The translations under genes and the position numbers were made by a program. Below, in pieces: positions 4,617 through 5,676 of a stretch of 5,676 nt of DNA. How positions within the stretch are numbered: the first letter of the stretch is position 1; each line of letters begins with the position of its first letter. A model generated the notes under the pieces. That model was given only the letters and a program-made list of their open reading frames with translations. It ran no database searches and had not been told where the DNA came from. Source of the stretch: a virus. The stretch covers positions 1-5,676 of the IMG/VR virus record IMGVR_UViG_3300038540_000019. One strand, given 5' to 3'.

Positions 4617-5524
4617 TATTTCATAGCTTTTGCTGCTGTTTCTACTACTGTTTTACCTAATTCCGCCCATGTCTTCCAATTTATAAACTCTCCTGTATTC
4701 CATTCTGATGCAAGTTTTTGAGCTGCTGCTTGTATCCCTGCTGCGTTTGATTTGTTTGTTTCATTTAGTAGTTCTTGCCAGTATCCCATTGCTTTGTTAT
4801 TGTTTAATAGTGCGCTTGCTTCTGCGTTGTTAGCTTGCGCCATTGCTTGTGTTACTGCTGCAACCTTTGATTGTGTGAATAGTGCATTAGGTGCTATCAT
4901 ATGAACGCCATAACGCTCATTTTTGTCACCTTGTCCTTGTTCCTTGTCTCCTTGTTGGTTGTCTTCGAATTCTTTTCTTACATTTTCAATCCATGTACTT
5001 TTACCCCTTTGGAATGTTTCCTCGATTACGTTATCCCTGTTTTTATTTGTGGTTTCTGCTTCTGCGTTTAGCTTGTTAGCTGTCGCTTGATTTACTGCTA
5101 TTTCAGATGCTGCTTTCTGCATTTGTAATCCCATTCCTGCCGATTGGATATTTGCCATTTTTCTGCTCGTTTCATCGCTTGCGTTGCCTCCTCCAACGGA
5201 AGCGCTTCCGCTTCCTGTGCTGCCTCCTGCTCCGCCTTTTGCGTACATTAATGCGGGATTTAATCCTGCTGCTTTGTAGTGTGCTATTTGCGCTTCTGCA
5301 TTTGTTTTGTTCCACATATTTAACTGTTCCTTGTAGCTGTCTTTCATCAGACCTAAGTTAGCTTTGCTTTGCATATCTGTTAATGCTTGCTGTTGCTCTA
5401 ATTGGTCTTTTTTTAGTTTGTCGTTGTATCCTGTTAGTTCTCCTAATCCGTAGCCTATTTGTTCAGCTGCTGAACCTGCTACGCTCATACCTGTGCTTAA
5501 TGCTAATGTTCCGAGTGCGCTCAT
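4616..5524 (-). CDS. VP2: Minor capsid / DNA pilot protein VP2, 302 aa
   Basis: The sequence contains ...WNKTNAEAQIAHYKAAGLNPALMY followed by a Gly/Ser-rich linker (GGAGGSTGSGSASVGGG). The AGLNP-x-L motif and the Q/A/N-rich coiled regions are characteristic of gokushovirus-type VP2. ATG at 5522-5524 after an A/T-rich leader with no SD. Confidence 0.85.
   Translation of the reverse strand: MSALGTLALSTGMSVAGSAAEQIGYGLGELTGYNDKLKKDQLEQQQALTDMQSKANLGLMKDSYKEQLNMWNKTNAEAQIAHYKAAGLNPALMYAKGGAGGSTGSGSASVGGGNASDETSRKMANIQSAGMGLQMQKAASEIAVNQATANKLNAEAETTNKNRDNVIEETFQRGKSTWIENVRKEFEDNQQGDKEQGQGDKNERYGVHMIAPNALFTQSKVAAVTQAMAQANNAEASALLNNNKAMGYWQELLNETNKSNAAGIQAAAQKLASEWNTGEFINWKTWAELGKTVVETAAKAMK
4929..4955. 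repeat. Imperfect hexamer microsatellite CCTTGT x4 inside VP2
   Basis: Copies at 4929-4934, 4935-4940, 4942-4947 and 4950-4955. On the coding strand this is ACAAGG x4, encoding QQGDKEQGQGDK. Confidence 0.85.
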
Positions 5525-5559
5525 TTTATTTATTTTTTCGTGTCTTTTTTTAAAAAAGC

Positions 5560-5638
5560 TTTTACTTATTACTTGATAATAAAGTATACATGCGTACCAC
5601 TTGTGAAAGGGGGGTTTTTCACCCCCCTTTTTACTTAT
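5560..5638. repeat. 10-nt direct repeats TTTTACTTAT (5560-5569 and 5629-5638 = 60-69) bracketing a 59-nt block that contains the CTTGATA motif and hairpin HP1
   Basis: Exact repeat read from the sequence. A further TACTTGAT half-copy follows the first repeat directly (5570-5577 = 1-8). Confidence 0.85.
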
Positions 5639-5676
5639 AGTTTAGTCGCTTGTATAGACTAGGCTTCGCCTTCTTT
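5570..5676. repeat. Terminal redundancy, copy 2 (identical to 1-107)
   Basis: Same 107-nt string as 1-107. It includes a second copy of the hairpin (5606-5630) and of the 3' end of the 104-aa ORF (5659-5676). Confidence 0.97.

Larger units (their letters stand above)
1..5569 (-). mobile_element. One full unit (5,569 nt) of a circular Microviridae-type ssDNA phage genome; the coding strand is the window minus strand
   Basis: The hallmark gene trio is present in a ~5.6 kb unit with exact end redundancy: VP1 capsid, VP2 pilot protein and VP4 HUH Rep. All ORFs are co-oriented and tightly packed, with 1-4 nt start/stop overlaps. Confidence 0.9.

Noticed and set aside
5344-5350. Hammerhead-ribozyme core CUGAUGA on the minus strand
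   Set aside because: The heptamer is isolated inside the VP2 coding sequence. I found no adjacent GAAA core or the three helices needed for a hammerhead fold.
122-5361. All plus-strand ORFs in the supplied track (122-307, 1340-1579, 1661-1861, 1803-2000, 2066-2278, 2343-2543, 2578-2808, 2736-2987, 2818-3075, 3566-3820, 4142-4363, 4171-4626, 4891-5079, 5107-5361)
   Set aside because: Each lies antisense to a well-supported minus-strand gene. Their translations are Leu/Phe/Cys/Ser-rich low-complexity strings, as expected from reading a T-rich antisense strand. None has a Shine-Dalgarno site, and at least one (3566) starts at TTG, a non-ATG codon. A known microvirus coding on both strands would be unprecedented.

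Overview
This 5,676-nt window is one complete circular genome of a small ssDNA phage of the family Microviridae (gokusho-/alpa-like, not phiX-like). It is shown as the reverse complement of the coding strand. Positions 1-107 are base-for-base identical to 5570-5676, so the real unit is 5,569 nt and the window wraps around the circle. All credible genes lie on the minus strand. Circular order: VP2 pilot/minor capsid protein (5524->4616); VP4 HUH rolling-circle replication initiator (4616->3675); a 214-nt gene-free, G+C-enriched, highly structured spacer (3674->3461); a 65-aa ORF (3460->3263) with a protein-like -1-frame continuation to 3186; a G/C-stem GAAA-loop terminator hairpin (3180->3161); a translationally coupled chain of three small ORFs (47 aa, absent from the supplied track; 90 aa; 87 aa); the 692-aa major capsid protein VP1 (2484->406); a coupled 104-aa ORF (404->90); and a second G6/C6 terminator hairpin (61->37). 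The main unexplained signals are: (i) the structured spacer 3' of rep, which has tandem pentamers and competing helices; (ii) three near-identical G5-6/C5-6 hairpins, one embedded in the rep coding sequence; (iii) an origin-like intergenic region with 10-nt direct repeats and a phiX174/pC194-like CTTGATA motif on the non-coding strand; (iv) a possible frameshift or indel in the 65-aa ORF; (v) 52 open codons after the rep TAG stop. I see no tRNA, rRNA, CRISPR array, integrase, transposase or recognisable defence gene. The plus-strand ORFs in the track look like antisense artefacts. Protein assignments rest on motifs read by eye, not on database searches.
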